Below, in pieces: positions 1 through 12,776 of a stretch of 64,000 bases of DNA. Position numbers and translations under genes: made by a program. This DNA comes from Eledone cirrhosa (lineage: Eukaryota), in NCBI GenBank assembly GCA_964016885.1, contig OZ024741.1:108128001-108192000 (forward strand). Direction: 5' to 3'. Below the pieces are notes generated by a model. That model ran no database searches. It was given only the letters and a program-made list of their open reading frames with translations, and was not told where the DNA came from. Numbering within the stretch: position 1 is the first letter of the stretch; every line of letters begins with the position of its first letter.

Positions 1-544
1 ATCATGAATATAAGACAATGTCAAGAAAAATTACAAAGAATCGATGTTTCAGTTTACTCTATATAATGTATTTTTTTAATTTTTTGAAGTAGCATCTCTG
101 GAAGACATCATCGGATTCATATGGAAAACAAACATGATGAATAGTATTAAAATAGAATTTTATTATTAAAATATGGATTAAATGCCGGAATACAATGCAT
201 TTTAATCACTTAGAGTAATAATGGCAATGTTATAGATCTGACCACTAATATATTATCTGTCTGTAATTATGCTAGTGGGTGTATTACAGCCAAGTATAAT
301 TAATTAGTTAGACGTTAAATATTTTTAACTGTAATAAATTTACAGTCTCACAAATCATATTCGATTTCCAGTCTGAGGCCTCTCACAAAATATGTTCTAT
401 AGTTTTAAGAGTATGAAATATAAATACATCAATTCTATAGCAGGAAACGTTCCCTTGTAGGAATTTAACCCAACACAACCAACAAAGCAGCGAAACCCAC
501 GTCAGTGTGTCAAAGTTGCAGCCTTCTTTTACAGCGGTGACATA

Positions 545-1402
545 CGAGGTCTGTCAGAAACGTTCCAGGACTGATGTCACAAAAGATTTATTTCAAACCC
601 AAACTTCACACTAAGAGTTTTCTCCTTCAAAGTAATCCTCCTGGAGTATGTAACTGTAATCTTAGCTCTCTGCAGCGATCACATTTTTTCTTCATAATTT
701 TATATACATATCCTCTGTTTCATGTCGTCAAGCAATGAGCACAGAGCAACGAACAAACTTGAAGTTTCTGGTACGGTTGGGGAAAACTCCGCCAGAGGGC
801 ACTGGGATTGCTGCAGCAAGTGTATGGAGATGAGACGATGTCACGCTCACGTGTTTTTGAGTGGTGCAAGATGACCCCAAGAGCGGAAGGCCCTCAACAA
901 CCAGGACTGAGGTCAACGTTGAGCGCGTCAGGCAGATCGTTCGTAGCGATCGTCAGCTGATTGTTCGACAGATGGCAAATGAGCAGGGCATGAATCGGGA
1001 CAACGTCTGGAAGATTCTCACTGAAGATTTGGACATGCGGAAAGTCTGCGCGAAGACGGTGCCAAAACTGCTGAACGATGACCAGAAGGGTCGACGCATG
1101 CAAGTGTGCCAGGACATCCTCGAGCGTCTTCAAACTGAACCAGACTTGCTAGGGACAGTCATCACCGCTGATGTGTTATGGATCTTCGAGTACGACCCGG
1201 AGGGGACCCGTTTTGAAGACGTGGACATCAAAAAGGCCGTGACAACGGAACTGCGGAGGATCCCGGAAGAATCCTTCCGGGAGTGCATGCAAACGGGGCA
1301 GAAAAGGATGGAAAAGTGCATTAGATTCCAGGGGGATTACTTTGAAGGAGAAAACTCTTAGTGTTAAGGACATCAGTCCTGGAACTTTTCTGACACACTT
1401 CG
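545..1402 (+). mobile_element. Mariner (Tc1/mariner) DNA transposon, internally deleted
   Basis: About 34-bp TIRs (CGAGGTCTGTCAGAAACGTTCCAGGACTGATGTC at 545; GACATCAGTCCTGGAACTTTTCTGACACACTTCG ending 1402), with TA on both sides and transposase remnants between. Confidence 0.93.
736..1361 (+). pseudogene. Mariner transposase remnant (frameshifted, most of the catalytic domain deleted)
   Basis: ATG at 736 gives MSTEQRTNLKFLVRLGK. ORF 861-1361 has DDPKSGRP, a WVPKLL-like KTVPKLL and ITAD..WIFEYDPE, joined directly to the C-terminal RFEDV...CIRFQGDYFE. Confidence 0.88.
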
Positions 1403-2899
1403 TATAACTTGTAATTGTTAAGATTGGGCTGTTGTTGGGAAGTTATCTTTATATCAACCTAATTGGCTACTCGATATTCTGGTATCGTGTTACGATTGCG
1501 AAGATATCATCAGACATCCGACTTTCGAATCTTGTCAGTCACTATTTCAGCATAAATTATTTTTTGTTTATCTTAATCCTTTTGTATATGGGAGAAATCA
1601 ACACCATAATGATTATCCTTGCAAAATTGTGAATCTTACACCATCACAGCTTCAATATATCTTATAATAATGAGCCATTTTGTCTATTTAAATAGAAATA
1701 CGTATTCTGAGAGGAACAACAAATAAGGACTAGATTCATCTAAACTTGGCTGTAGAAGAGAGAAATGTTTGAAGATATTTCATTTTACTGACGCCGTTAT
1801 ATTCTTTAGGAAATGGACGACCGACACAACTTCTTTATGCCTACAGTAAAATATAAGGTTTTCTGTCCAGATAAGGACAGCAGCTTTATAATAATAGGAA
1901 AGAAATTCGGCAGCCACTGACCGAAGGTAACGAAGTTTTCAACAGCAATCAGCCTGAACAGAAATATAGTCATAAGAGACTGGAATTTAATCATATAACT
2001 CTACAGTATATTACAGCTAACAGCACCGGATTTCTGACGGAACAAACAAGTTGTCATCGAAGAAAGCCTTATCTTCGCCTCAAATGGGAAAAGGGTTATC
2101 TAATCTGACAGCATCCCATTCACGCATTCGATTGTATTGGAATTACGTCATGCCTCCAAGCGTTTCTTAACGAGTTAAAACCTATGATAATAACAACTTT
2201 TGATTTTTCTTGGTTAGTTAAAATCATTTTCCTATAATTTCGATCGATAAGAAATCATGAGATAGTTTAAAAGAGAATAGCCCAATGTGTACTAATATAC
2301 TATTACATTGACACAGCACTAATTAATCGATATCTTACAATGCAGCGTTGCAGTACTGACCAGAAATATATTATTATATAACATTTTACATAGAAACAAT
2401 ATATAATACGATGCAAAATTTAGTTGCATGTCTTTACAATCTGTTCAAATTCCATCGAGACATGTTTAGACTAGGGTTGATAAAATAAGTGGGAATAATA
2501 TTTAATTATCGATACCATCATCATAATCATCATCAGCGGCACCGCTGAAGGGCCAACATTTGGTTTCATTGAAATTAATGATGTGTTCTAAGTTGCTTAG
2601 TTTTAACTAACAGGATGATGAGAATGAAGACAGAATTAAGGCTTTCGTTTACCCCGCTGACGTCACCATTTCTCACTCCTTTTTTACAGATATATTCAAG
2701 GAAGTCACATTCAAAGTAGGATGTTCCCCACTAGGGCAGATGACCAGATGTCATTAAGGGACCATCAGTATTAAAGTGTTTCAAAGTTTAATTTAATTGA
2801 TCCTTGTAACAATCCTACTGGGCTCGTTCCTTTATTGAATCTCCCTAAACAAACGTCTTCGTTGACGAGACATTCTGTGAATGTGACCAATCTATCGAG

Positions 2900-3560
2900 G
2901 TTGGTGATGTAACATTTGCACATGGTACGATTAATACTGTTGTTATTCATTACATAATCTTGCCAACGTATGCGTATGTTAGCAGGTTTGTCTGATGGAA
3001 GAGTTTCAAACTTTTTAAAGAATTTGTATCTGTTGTGTTGGCAGAATTTTGTTCGCAATATCTAATGACTTACGGTATCACATATATGGTTTGTACAACC
3101 GAATGTCTCAATTTCTGTTGACCGAAATTAATGCAAGCAAACTCTAAATTCCTGGTTTAAACAGTTAATACTTTTCTATTTGTTATTGTTTACTGTGATT
3201 TGATATGGACTTCTATAAGTTTAGCACACCCTACATCCAAATGGTGGTTGACAATCTAAAATTGCTTTTCACATTACATTTGATTTTATTTGTATAAATA
3301 TGTTTCCCAGACTTTGAGAAATATATTATTTTAATGAAGATGGACTTCGCTGTCTTGTGATAAATCTGTTTCTTTGTCTAGATCCTCTGATATATAGGTC
3401 GTTGAGCTTGTGTCGTTAATTTTAATAGGTTTGTCTGTTTTCCATTTCTTCATCAATGGGTTATCTGAATAGAATTCTACATTAAATTTCAGCTTCATAA
3501 TTACTGAAGCCCCGTCACTTTCTCCTCATCTTTGATGTGATAATATTTCTTAAGATTCTT
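2900..3560 (-). mobile_element. Possible highly decayed Penelope-like element remnant
   Basis: Minus-strand fragments loosely resemble PLE linker and GIY-YIG C-terminal sequence, with many stops. Confidence 0.3.
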
Positions 3561-3658
3561 TCCAAAGTTTAAAGTAGCAGCCGCTCGATATTGTATCTAT
3601 TTATTTATTTACCTTTTTTATGTATTAATATTATTGTTTCTGTTACTTATGTTGATGT

Positions 3659-3701
<43 letters not shown>

Positions 3702-3861
3702 CTTTTATTTATTTCGTGTTGTCACTGCATTATCTTTGGTATATGCAGTGTTGTCTTTTGGTGTTGTAAAATGTGTTTACTGGTGTTATTTTCTGTATGG
3801 TGTATTTAATTGTCAGTCTTGAGTTTTTGGTTATGTTTGTTATTGTTATTAGTATTTATAA

Positions 3862-4085
3862 GGGCGTTGGATTGGCACTATCAGTAGAGGGTCTGACGCC
3901 ATGCTTTACAGCAAAGAGTTATGTCATTTTATGGTCTGAGTTCAAATCCCGCCGAGGTTAACTTTGCCTTTCATCCTTTACTGTCCATATTTACGCAGTC
4001 GATAAAATAAATACCAGTATTGCACTGGGGTAATTAAACCGACTTTTCCCTCCCCAAACATTGTTGGCTTTGTGCCTAAATCAGA
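3862..4085 (+). mobile_element. tRNA-derived SINE with Nin/Deu-like core
   Basis: B-box GAGTTCAAATCC, then GCCGAGGTTAACTTTGCCTTTCATCC...GTCGATAAAATAAATACCAGT. The same sequence recurs at 28208, 31232, 18650 (-) and 5296 (-). Confidence 0.8.
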
Positions 4086-4493
4086 CGTCATTATAATTAT
4101 TTTTTGAAATAGTGACCTTTCATTAGTTGTTCATAACCGAATATCTCCCCACGTAATCCTAATAATTAGGTTTTCATCCTGAATTTTACATTTTTGCCTA
4201 ATCTTCTTAACATGCCACAAGATGGATTCTTTCAGTAGTCGAGCAGTACAAATGAGGTAATCTGTGGACTACGCTGACGCTGCACCATTCCAACGATCGA
4301 CTAATCCCCACCTCTTCAACAGAGGCTGAAGACAAGAAGGAATTTGATGGCATCGAAGCAAACAGAATAGTTTGTGACCGTTCTAGAATATAGAATATCG
4401 TATTTCCCACAGAAACCAATATGAAGTGCCTTGGAATTTCTAAATTTAGACCATACGCTGCTATGTGTGTTTGTATATTTCTAATTCCATCTA

Positions 4494-4598
<105 letters not shown>

Positions 4599-5295
4599 CA
4601 TTTGTTTATAGAAGACAACGAGTGAAATTTCAAAATTGAAATTAGAATATTTAACCATAGTTTTTGCTACAAAAAATCGATCGTCTAATAGCTCAGCATA
4701 TAAGACCATGGACGGAGAAAACGGGACAACAGCATACGTGTAGGTTGAACCCACTCCTTCTGTTTGCCGGACATGTGTGATACCATTTACATGCTAGTGT
4801 AAATTGTAGCACACACATATGGATGCCATTATAATTTTATGACTGTAAAAATCGAGGTTGTGTGAATGATTACAATACTGTCTCTCCTCTTCCATCTCCC
4901 CCTTCTTTAATCCTCATCACCGCTATCCTTAGCATTATCGTCAGCAGTAATAGCAGCTGCATTTTGGGAGAGTCCAATAAATCTATATTTCTTTCCCATT
5001 TTCTTCATTTCTCTTGGTTAATGGTTGGCATTTTATCTATTGATTTTAGCTATTGGCGCAGAGTTGTTGGGGCAGAGGACAGAAACTACCCATTTAAACA
5101 CATTTATTCAGTTTTCTTTTTTTCTTTACTTTTTACAAAAATACTTTTCTCTCCTTAACAATTCGTGTCCTAGTTCCGACAGTTTTAAATGGTTTCAAAT
5201 GTGAGATTTCCTGGTGGTGATGTTGATGTCAGTGATGATGATGATGATGATGATGATTACACGAATGGCAGTGCTGATGGTGATGATGATAATAA

Positions 5296-5368
5296 TTGTT
5301 TCTAATTTTGGCACAAGGCCAGCAATTATCCCAATGTATTACTGGTACTTTATTTTATCGACCCCGTA
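5296..5368 (-). mobile_element. SINE 3' fragment (same family as 3862)
   Basis: Reverse complement of GTCGATAAAATAAAGTACCAGT...TGCTGGCCTTGTGCCAAAATTAGAAAC. Confidence 0.7.
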
Positions 5369-5770
5369 ATGATGATGATAATAATGATTATGACTGGGAT
5401 TATGGTGATCATGAGGATTACGTTGATGATGTTGATGATGTTGATGATGGCAAGGTGGGGCAGTGGTGGTGATGGCAGAAAGATGACGTTGATGATGAAG
5501 GTGGTGGCGATGGTGATGAGAGTAAGATGATGTTGATGATAATGATGTGGATGATGATGGTGAAGGTGATGATCGTCATAAGAACGTTGTTGGTAATGAC
5601 ACCGATGACGATGATGATAATGATGATCATGATGATGATGAGGATGATGAGGATGATGATGATGATGATGATGATGGAGGAGATGGCAGTGATAGTAATA
5701 ACGACGGTGATGATGATGATGAAGATAATTTTGGGGATGATAATGAAGGTGATGCTGTTGAGGATAATAT
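5369..5770. repeat. Degenerate (GAT)n low-complexity tract
   Basis: GAT/GGT/GTT triplets; these explain the poly-D/H/M ORFs. Confidence 0.9.
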
Positions 5771-6729
5771 AATATCAAGTTAGTAGTTGATATTCCATCA
5801 ATGGTAATTGGTACATTCAATATATTGGAAATATAGTTTCTTTATTCACCAACGACATCTCATTGAATATCAGGGCTAGAATCATTGTGCATGTGTATGG
5901 ACCCGTAACTTTGGTACAGTCGTGGAGGCGCCGTAACAATATACGGCGTTTCTTGGGCTATCTGTTTAACCTAGCTAAGTCTATCTCTTGTTCCGGCCTG
6001 AACACAGCAGATTTCTTCCACTGAAGGGGAGAGATTGAGTGAAAAGAAGTGAGAAAGGCATCAATCCCAGTACTAAACTGATACGATTTTTTCGCCCTCG
6101 AAATGAGTAAATTGAACCTTGACCTTGCCACGATTAGAACTCAGAACACAATGAGTCGGAATGACCACTGCAAGACAATTTATCTGACGTTTTAATGACT
6201 CTCCCAATTCATCTACTCAGTTATAATCATCCCTATTTGAACATTGGCCGTAGCTATAACTATTATAATTGTACACCCGTCAACGGAAAACCAGCAACAG
6301 TTCAAACGTGGGTATAAAATGTTTTGTTGTATGAAAGAAGGAATATTTACCATTTGGTGAAATACGTTTCGTTGGAATACTAAAGCATCTGTTTGATTAA
6401 ATGTTCTATCTGAAACGTTAGTTACATTCTCTTTTCAGTAAACCAAAATATTACTTTTCGCCTGTTTGTATTTGTTGGAGATGATAAAATAAAGTACTAG
6501 CGAAATATTGGTGTCAATTTAACGTTCCCTGCCCGCAAATTGGATGTCTTGTGTCTAGATTAGATGAGGTTACATAATATGCTGAACAAATCACCATTTT
6601 TCATACATTTTACATTCTGATACCGTGGGGAAATTATGGAGTCAATAGTACCTTCCTTATAATCACCTTATCAAATTAAGTTGTTGATTTTATATACAGA
6701 TACTTAACATCAGACTGCACACTGAAAAA

Positions 6730-7330
6730 CACCTGCAGAACCAATCTGACGGCTGTTATAACTTACTCGACTTTAAAAGAGCTTTTGACCGTATTTGGCA
6801 TGAGGTTTTGTGGAAAGAGATGAAGTGTTACAATTTTGACATTAACCGCATTTAAATAATTAAAGCACTGTATGACAACAGAAAAGTTGCAGTTCTCCTG
6901 AATAATAATATCGGAGAACGGAGATTGTTTCATGACAACCGTGGAAGTTCGACAAGTATTTCTCCTTTCTCCAGTAATTTTCAACAACTTCCTGGAAAAC
7001 ATCACACAAGAGACACTTCAAAACTTCCATACGTTTGATTTCATTAAAGGATGGCCCATTTCCAACCTGAGGGCCAACAAGTGGCAAACAGAGAAAATCC
7101 GGGTCAGACCACATCAAAGATTGTACTGGTCATCATACCGAAGCTCCTCTGCGCATAAATGAGAATAGAGACCAGTGGTGATGGCTGACTTTCGAAAGCG
7201 AGTAGCTTCACCAGTTGCGGTACACATGATATGACATATCTATAATACATTTGTTTAGAACGAATGTCAAATAGATCGACTCTATTTCGTACGTAGTTAC
7301 TTACCTTGATTACCTGCATAACTGGATTTT
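6730..7330 (+). mobile_element. Decayed RTE-like LINE RT fragment
   Basis: Fragments DFKRAFDRIWHEVLW, TTVEVRQVFLLSPVIFNNFLE and GWPISNLRA, broken by frameshifts. Confidence 0.65.
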
Positions 7331-7704
7331 ATTAACATCTACCTGTCAATATGAAAGAAGCTTAACGCCGAAGGAAACCGGGATGAGCACGGGCCTCCTA
7401 ATGAACCTCAGGGCGTGACATTAGACTTTAGATTTTAGATCTATCGATATAAAAGTTACTAGACTGTATTCTTAAAAGGCACCGACTTGTGAAGCTGAAG
7501 TCAAAATAATAAATCTATATAACTGATTTCTTTTATTTCATAGAGATAAGAAAGAAAAGAAAATGTGTTGCCTACTTGACCGTGGGAAGCATAAATTATA
7601 TACATGGTCTTTGAGGATGACTCAAAGCGGGCCGTAATTCAACCCAAATCTTTGAGTAGTAATTTATTGTTTACATTCACACATTAATATTATTATTATT
7701 ATAG

Positions 7705-9706
7705 TTGCATTTATCTTGCTTTATGTTCATACGAGTTATCACCAAGTCACAACCAGTGACCTCAAGAGAAAACGAGGTCCGCCATGTTCAAGAAAGAACA
7801 TACATATTCACACATGCATCTTTAGTGTTTAGACTTGTGATGTACTTATATTGACAGAATCTTCCTTAGTATATGAGCAGTTCCCATTAGTACTATCATT
7901 TGTATTTCTCCTATACGCGGGTTTCCTGGGATTTGCGATATGTAATCATTAGACCCTTTAGGTATCATTCCCAGAGCGCCTACAACCACTGGTATTGTTT
8001 TAGTTCTCAATTTCCACATTTTTCCAATTTCTATCTCCAGGTCCTTATACTTGCTCAATTTTTCAAATGTTTTTATAGATACATTCTTGTCTATTGGAAC
8101 AGACATATCAATTAGCAGGCATACCCTCTTTTGAAAGTCCTTCAATATTATATCAGGTCTATTTGCATCTATTTTTCGGTCTGTTTGGATGCTAAAGTTC
8201 CACAAGATTGAGATGTGATCTTTTTCAAGTATGGGAGGTGGTTGATCCTCCCACCAATTCTTTTGATGGGGCAGGTCAAAATGCTTACACATTATCCAAT
8301 GTATGTATTGTGCAGCTCTGTCATGCCTGTTTAGGTATTCGGTTGGAGCTATAGGACTGCACATTGAAATTATATGGTCAATGGTCTCTGGTTGTTTTTT
8401 GCATACACGGCATAATGGGCTGCACCCATTTTTTATTATGTTGGCTTGGTAATTTTTTGTTGGCAGACACTGATCTTGTACTGATATAATCAGTCCTTCA
8501 GTCTCCGATTTCAGTCCAGAGGATGCCAACCACTGATGGGTTAAAGTTTTGTCAACATCAGGATTATTAGCTCGCTCTGGGTATTTTCCATACAGAGGCT
8601 TTTCTTGCCATTTCTTAGCCAGTTTCTGTAGCAGTTCTTTCTTTGCAGTTACTTTTACCTGCTTTGCTTTTTCTGTGTTTTCCATTTCAGCAGTAAATGG
8701 GACTTCTGAAATTTGTAGTCCATTACTGTATCTTTGTGCATCTTTTGTAATGGAATATGATCTTTTGATGCTTTCGTGTTTCAAAACGAGTTTGATCATC
8801 CAATCATGTGATTCCCTTAGATATGTAGATAATCCAATTGTTGCCGTTTTCAACGCAATGTCTAACTGGATTAACCCACGTCCTCCTTCTTTCCTAGGGA
8901 GATATATTCTATCTATATCTGCCTTAGGGTGATGCATTCTGTGCATGGTTAAGAATTTTCTAATTTTTGTATGGAGCCTACGGATCTCTGTGCTTGACCA
9001 GTTGATGACATTGTAACTGTAGGTTACTACTGGTATGGCAAGCGTGTTTATGGCATCGATCCTATTCCTTGCATTCAGTTCCGTTCTTAAGATTGCTCTT
9101 ACTCTGCGGTAACATTCCTTCCTTATCCTTTCCCTCATTGTCGAGTGCTTGATTCCGTCTCCTTCACAAACACCTAGATATTTGTAAGTTTTTTCTTGAT
9201 CAAGTTCTCTTATCACGTTCCCCCGATCAAGATTAATGTCTGAACTCTTCAGCAGCTTTCCTCTGGTGAACGTTGCTTTGGCGCATTTATCTAGTCCAAA
9301 CTCCATTTTAATGTCATCACTGAACTGCTTCACAGTGGATAATAGCCCTTGCAATTGTTCATCATTTTTTGCAAATAGTTTCAGGTCATCCATGTAGAAC
9401 AGGTGATTAATGGTTTTGTCATAGACTTTATATCCATGTTTTGTTTCATTGAGCATTTTAATTAATGGTATAAGTGCGATGCAGAATAAAAGCGGTGATA
9501 AAGAGTCACCCTGAAAAATTCCACAATTAATATTAACTTCTCCAGCTTCCAGTGATTTTGTTTCACTATTCAAAAGGAGTGTCGTTTTCTATGTCTTCAT
9601 ACTGAATGACAAAAACCTCCTGACAACGGGGGATATTTTGAAAATCTCTAAACATTTTTCAATCCAACTGTGTGGCAAACTATCGAATGCTTTTTTATAA
9701 TCTATC

Positions 9707-9708
<2 letters not shown>
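7705..9708 (-). mobile_element. R4/Dong-type RLE non-LTR retrotransposon, 5'-truncated copy 1
   Basis: Near-identical to the 3' part of the 9782-12742 copy, including the ~140-bp 3' UTR. Flanked by (ATT)n on both sides. Confidence 0.9.
7846..9573 (-). CDS. Partial RT + CCHC zinc knuckle + restriction-like endonuclease (truncated copy)
   Basis: GIFQGDSLSPLLF, HLFYMDDLK, CRVC...HIISMC, RHD, RPDI...IDMSVP...KY. A stop (W to TAG) lies just upstream near 9590. Confidence 0.85.
   Translation of the reverse strand: MNSETKSLEAGEVNINCGIFQGDSLSPLLFCIALIPLIKMLNETKHGYKVYDKTINHLFYMDDLKLFAKNDEQLQGLLSTVKQFSDDIKMEFGLDKCAKATFTRGKLLKSSDINLDRGNVIRELDQEKTYKYLGVCEGDGIKHSTMRERIRKECYRRVRAILRTELNARNRIDAINTLAIPVVTYSYNVINWSSTEIRRLHTKIRKFLTMHRMHHPKADIDRIYLPRKEGGRGLIQLDIALKTATIGLSTYLRESHDWMIKLVLKHESIKRSYSITKDAQRYSNGLQISEVPFTAEMENTEKAKQVKVTAKKELLQKLAKKWQEKPLYGKYPERANNPDVDKTLTHQWLASSGLKSETEGLIISVQDQCLPTKNYQANIIKNGCSPLCRVCKKQPETIDHIISMCSPIAPTEYLNRHDRAAQYIHWIMCKHFDLPHQKNWWEDQPPPILEKDHISILWNFSIQTDRKIDANRPDIILKDFQKRVCLLIDMSVPIDKNVSIKTFEKLSKYKDLEIEIGKMWKLRTKTIPVVVGALGMIPKGSNDYISQIPGNPRIGEIQMIVLMGTAHILRKILSI

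Positions 9709-9781
<73 letters not shown>
9709..9781. repeat. (TAA)n target microsatellite between the two Dong-like copies
   Basis: Pure (ATT)n. Confidence 0.95.
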
Positions 9782-9782
<1 letters not shown>

Positions 9783-12742
9783 TGCATTTATCTTGCTTTA
9801 TGTTCATACGAGTTATCACCAAGTCACAACCAGTGACCTCAAGAGACAACAAGGTCCGCCATGTTCAAGAAAGAACATACATATTCACACATGCATCCTT
9901 AGTGTCTAGACTTGTGATGTACTTATATTGACAGGATCTTCCTTAGTATATGGGCAGTTCCCATTAGTACTATCTTTTGTATTTCTCCTATACGCGGGAT
10001 TCCTGGGATTTGCGATAAGTAGTCGTTAGACCCCTTAGGTATCATTCCCAGAGCGCCTACAACCACTGGTATTGTTTTAGTTCTCAATTTCCACATTTTT
10101 CCAATTTCTATCTCCAGGTCCTTATACTTGCTCAATTTTTCAAATGTTTTTATAGATACATTCTTGTCTATTGGAACAGACATATCAATTAGCAGGCATA
10201 CCCTCCTTTGAAAGTCCTTCAATATTATATCAGGTCTATTTGCATCTATTTTTCTGTCTGTTTGGATGCTAAAGTTCCACAAGATTGAGATGTGATCTTT
10301 TTCAAGTATGGGAGGTGGTTGATCCTCCCACCAATTCTCTTGATGGGGCAGGTCAAAATTCTTACACATTATCCAATGTATGTATTGTGCAGCTCTGTCA
10401 TGCCTGTTTAGGTATTCGGTTGGAGCTATAGGACTGCACATTGAAATTATATGGTCAATGGTCTCTGGTTGTTTTTTGCATACACGGCATAATGGGCTGC
10501 ACCCATTTTTTATTATGTTGGCTTGGTAATTTTTTGTTGGCAGACACTGATCTTGTGTCGATATAATCAGTCCTTCAGTCTCCGATTTCAGTCCAGAGGA
10601 TGCCAACCACTGATGGGTTAAGGTTTTGTCAACATCAGGATTGTTAGCCCGCTCTGGGTATTTTCCATACAAAGGCTTTTCTTGCCATTTCTTAGCCAGT
10701 TTCTGTAGCAGTTCTTTCTTTGCAGTTACTTTTACCTGCTTTGCTTTTTCTGTGTTTTCCATTTCAGCAGTAAATGGGACTTCTGGAATTTGTACTCCAT
10801 TACTGTATCTTTGTGCATCTTTTGTAATGGAATATGATCTTTTGGTGCTTTCGTGTTTCAAAACGAGTTTGATCATGCAATCATGTGATTCCCTTAGATA
10901 TGTAGATAATCCAATTGTTGCAGTTTTCAACGCAATGTCTAACTGGATTAACCCACGTCCTAATTCTTTCCTAGGGAGATATATTCTATCTATGTCTGCC
11001 TTAGGGTGATGCATTCTGTGCATGGTTAAGAATTTTCGGATTTTTGTATCGAGCCTACGGATCTCTGTGCTTGACCAGTTGATGACATTGTAACTGTAGG
11101 TTACTACTGGTATGGCAAGCGTGTTTATGGCATCGATCCTATTCCTTGCATTCAATTCCGTTCTTAAGATTGCTCTGACTCTGCAGTAACATTCCTTCCT
11201 TATCCTTTCCCTCATTGTCGAGTGCTTGATTCCGTCTCCTTCACAAACACCTAGATATTTGTAAGTTTGTTCTTGACCAAGCTCTCTTATCACGTTCCCC
11301 CGATCAAGATTAATGTCTGAACTCTTCAGCAGCTTTCCTCTGGTGAACGTTGCTTTGGCGCATTTATCCAGTCCAAACTCCATTTTAATGTCATCACTGA
11401 ACTGTTTCACAGTGGATAATAGCCCTTGCAATTGTTCATCATATTTTGCAAATAGTTTCAGGTCATCCATGTAGAACAGGTGATTAATGGTTTTGTCATA
11501 GACTCTATATCCATGTTTTGTTTCATTGAGCATTTTACTTAATGGTATAAGTGCGATGCAGAATAAAAGCGGTGATAAAGAGTCACCCTGAAAAATTCCA
11601 CAATTAATATTAACTTCTCCAGCTTCCAGTGATGTTGTTTCACTATTCAAAAGGAGTGTCGTTCTCCATGTCTTCATACTGAATGACAAAAACCTCCTGA
11701 CAACGGGGGATATTTTGAAAATCTCTAGACATTTTTCAATCCAACTGTGTGGCAAACTATCGAATGCTTTTTTATAATCTATCCAAGCAATCGATAGATT
11801 TTTGTGTCTATTATGACAATCTTCCAGTATCATTTTGTTAACCAGAAGCTGATCCTTACAGCCATATGAGCCTCGTTTACACCCTTTCTGCTCAATGGGA
11901 AATAGGTCATTTGTTATCAGGTGGTCATATGTGTATTCAGTTAGGACTGATGTTAACATTTTATACATTGTGGTCAAGCAGGTTATCGGTCTGTAATTTT
12001 TGGGATTGTTTGTCTCATCATTCTTCGGTAGCAGGAATGTAATGCCGTTAACTAGCCATGATGGTATCTTTTCTGGCTCCTTAACTATTTCATTGTAAAG
12101 TTGGGCTAACAGCTCATGAGACTCTGTGAAGGCATTTATCCAAAAGTTTTGTATTTTGTCTTTTCCTGGGGATTTCCATTTGCTGGTTTTTCTTAGAGCC
12201 AAGCGCAACTGTTCAACTGTTATATTTTCCCATGTTTGTTCTTCAAGGTGAGCTGTATCTTGCATTTGTCTGTCTATCCATGGGGCATGTATGTTATGAG
12301 CTTTTTCTTCTGCCCAGATCTTTTCCCAGAATTCTTGCACTTCCTCCTTGGGTGGTATTGATTTAGCAGTTATTGTTGACTTACCAATTTTTCTGTAGAA
12401 GTTTCTTTGGTTGTTTTTGAACATATTATTGTCCTTATAGAATCTAGATCGTTTTTCAAAGCGCCTTATACGAGCAGCTTTGGCCGACACTTTTTGCTTG
12501 ATTGTTTCTATCAGCATGTCTATGTCACATGTTGATCTTATACTGTACTTTTTTTTCAATTTTCTAAGTTTAGTTTGTTTAACATGTTCACCTACTTTAT
12601 AGTTTGTTAAAATTTCTATGTCAGATCGGAGAAGGTTTATTTGGCGATTGATGTTATCTTGCCAAGTAGATTTCTTGTGGGAATTCCGTTGTTTTTTCAT
12701 CTTCACTCCACATAAGTGAGTGGTGACTTTAGCCGATGCATA
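9782..12742 (-). mobile_element. R4/Dong-type RLE non-LTR retrotransposon, 5'-truncated copy 2
   Basis: Open frame runs up to the (ATT)n tract at 12743; 3' UTR ends in (TAA)n. Confidence 0.92.
9923..12706 (-). CDS. Non-LTR RT + CCHC + PD-(D/E)xK restriction-like endonuclease (927 aa, uninterrupted but N-truncated)
   Basis: KSPGKD, NYRPITCL, EQKGC, WIDYKKAFDS, QGDSLSP, YMDD, CRVC..H...C, RHD, RPDI. Confidence 0.92.
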   Translation of the reverse strand: MKMKKQRNSHKKSTWQDNINRQINLLRSDIEILTNYKVGEHVKQTKLRKLKKKYSIRSTCDIDMLIETIKQKVSAKAARIRRFEKRSRFYKDNNMFKNNQRNFYRKIGKSTITAKSIPPKEEVQEFWEKIWAEEKAHNIHAPWIDRQMQDTAHLEEQTWENITVEQLRLALRKTSKWKSPGKDKIQNFWINAFTESHELLAQLYNEIVKEPEKIPSWLVNGITFLLPKNDETNNPKNYRPITCLTTMYKMLTSVLTEYTYDHLITNDLFPIEQKGCKRGSYGCKDQLLVNKMILEDCHNRHKNLSIAWIDYKKAFDSLPHSWIEKCLEIFKISPVVRRFLSFSMKTWRTTLLLNSETTSLEAGEVNINCGIFQGDSLSPLLFCIALIPLSKMLNETKHGYRVYDKTINHLFYMDDLKLFAKYDEQLQGLLSTVKQFSDDIKMEFGLDKCAKATFTRGKLLKSSDINLDRGNVIRELGQEQTYKYLGVCEGDGIKHSTMRERIRKECYCRVRAILRTELNARNRIDAINTLAIPVVTYSYNVINWSSTEIRRLDTKIRKFLTMHRMHHPKADIDRIYLPRKELGRGLIQLDIALKTATIGLSTYLRESHDCMIKLVLKHESTKRSYSITKDAQRYSNGVQIPEVPFTAEMENTEKAKQVKVTAKKELLQKLAKKWQEKPLYGKYPERANNPDVDKTLTHQWLASSGLKSETEGLIISTQDQCLPTKNYQANIIKNGCSPLCRVCKKQPETIDHIISMCSPIAPTEYLNRHDRAAQYIHWIMCKNFDLPHQENWWEDQPPPILEKDHISILWNFSIQTDRKIDANRPDIILKDFQRRVCLLIDMSVPIDKNVSIKTFEKLSKYKDLEIEIGKMWKLRTKTIPVVVGALGMIPKGSNDYLSQIPGIPRIGEIQKIVLMGTAHILRKILSI

Positions 12743-12743
12743 A

Positions 12744-12776
<33 letters not shown>

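Noticed and set aside
1021-1030. CTGAAGA here, and similar core-like words at ~2533, ~29745 and ~33370
   Set aside because: No stem II/GAAA/stem III/stem I context; they lie in transposase coding sequence, CAT repeats or unstructured DNA.
4207-4440. Possible hAT transposase C-terminal remnant; also a piggyBac-like trace near 1860-2100
   Set aside because: Too degenerate to support by eye.
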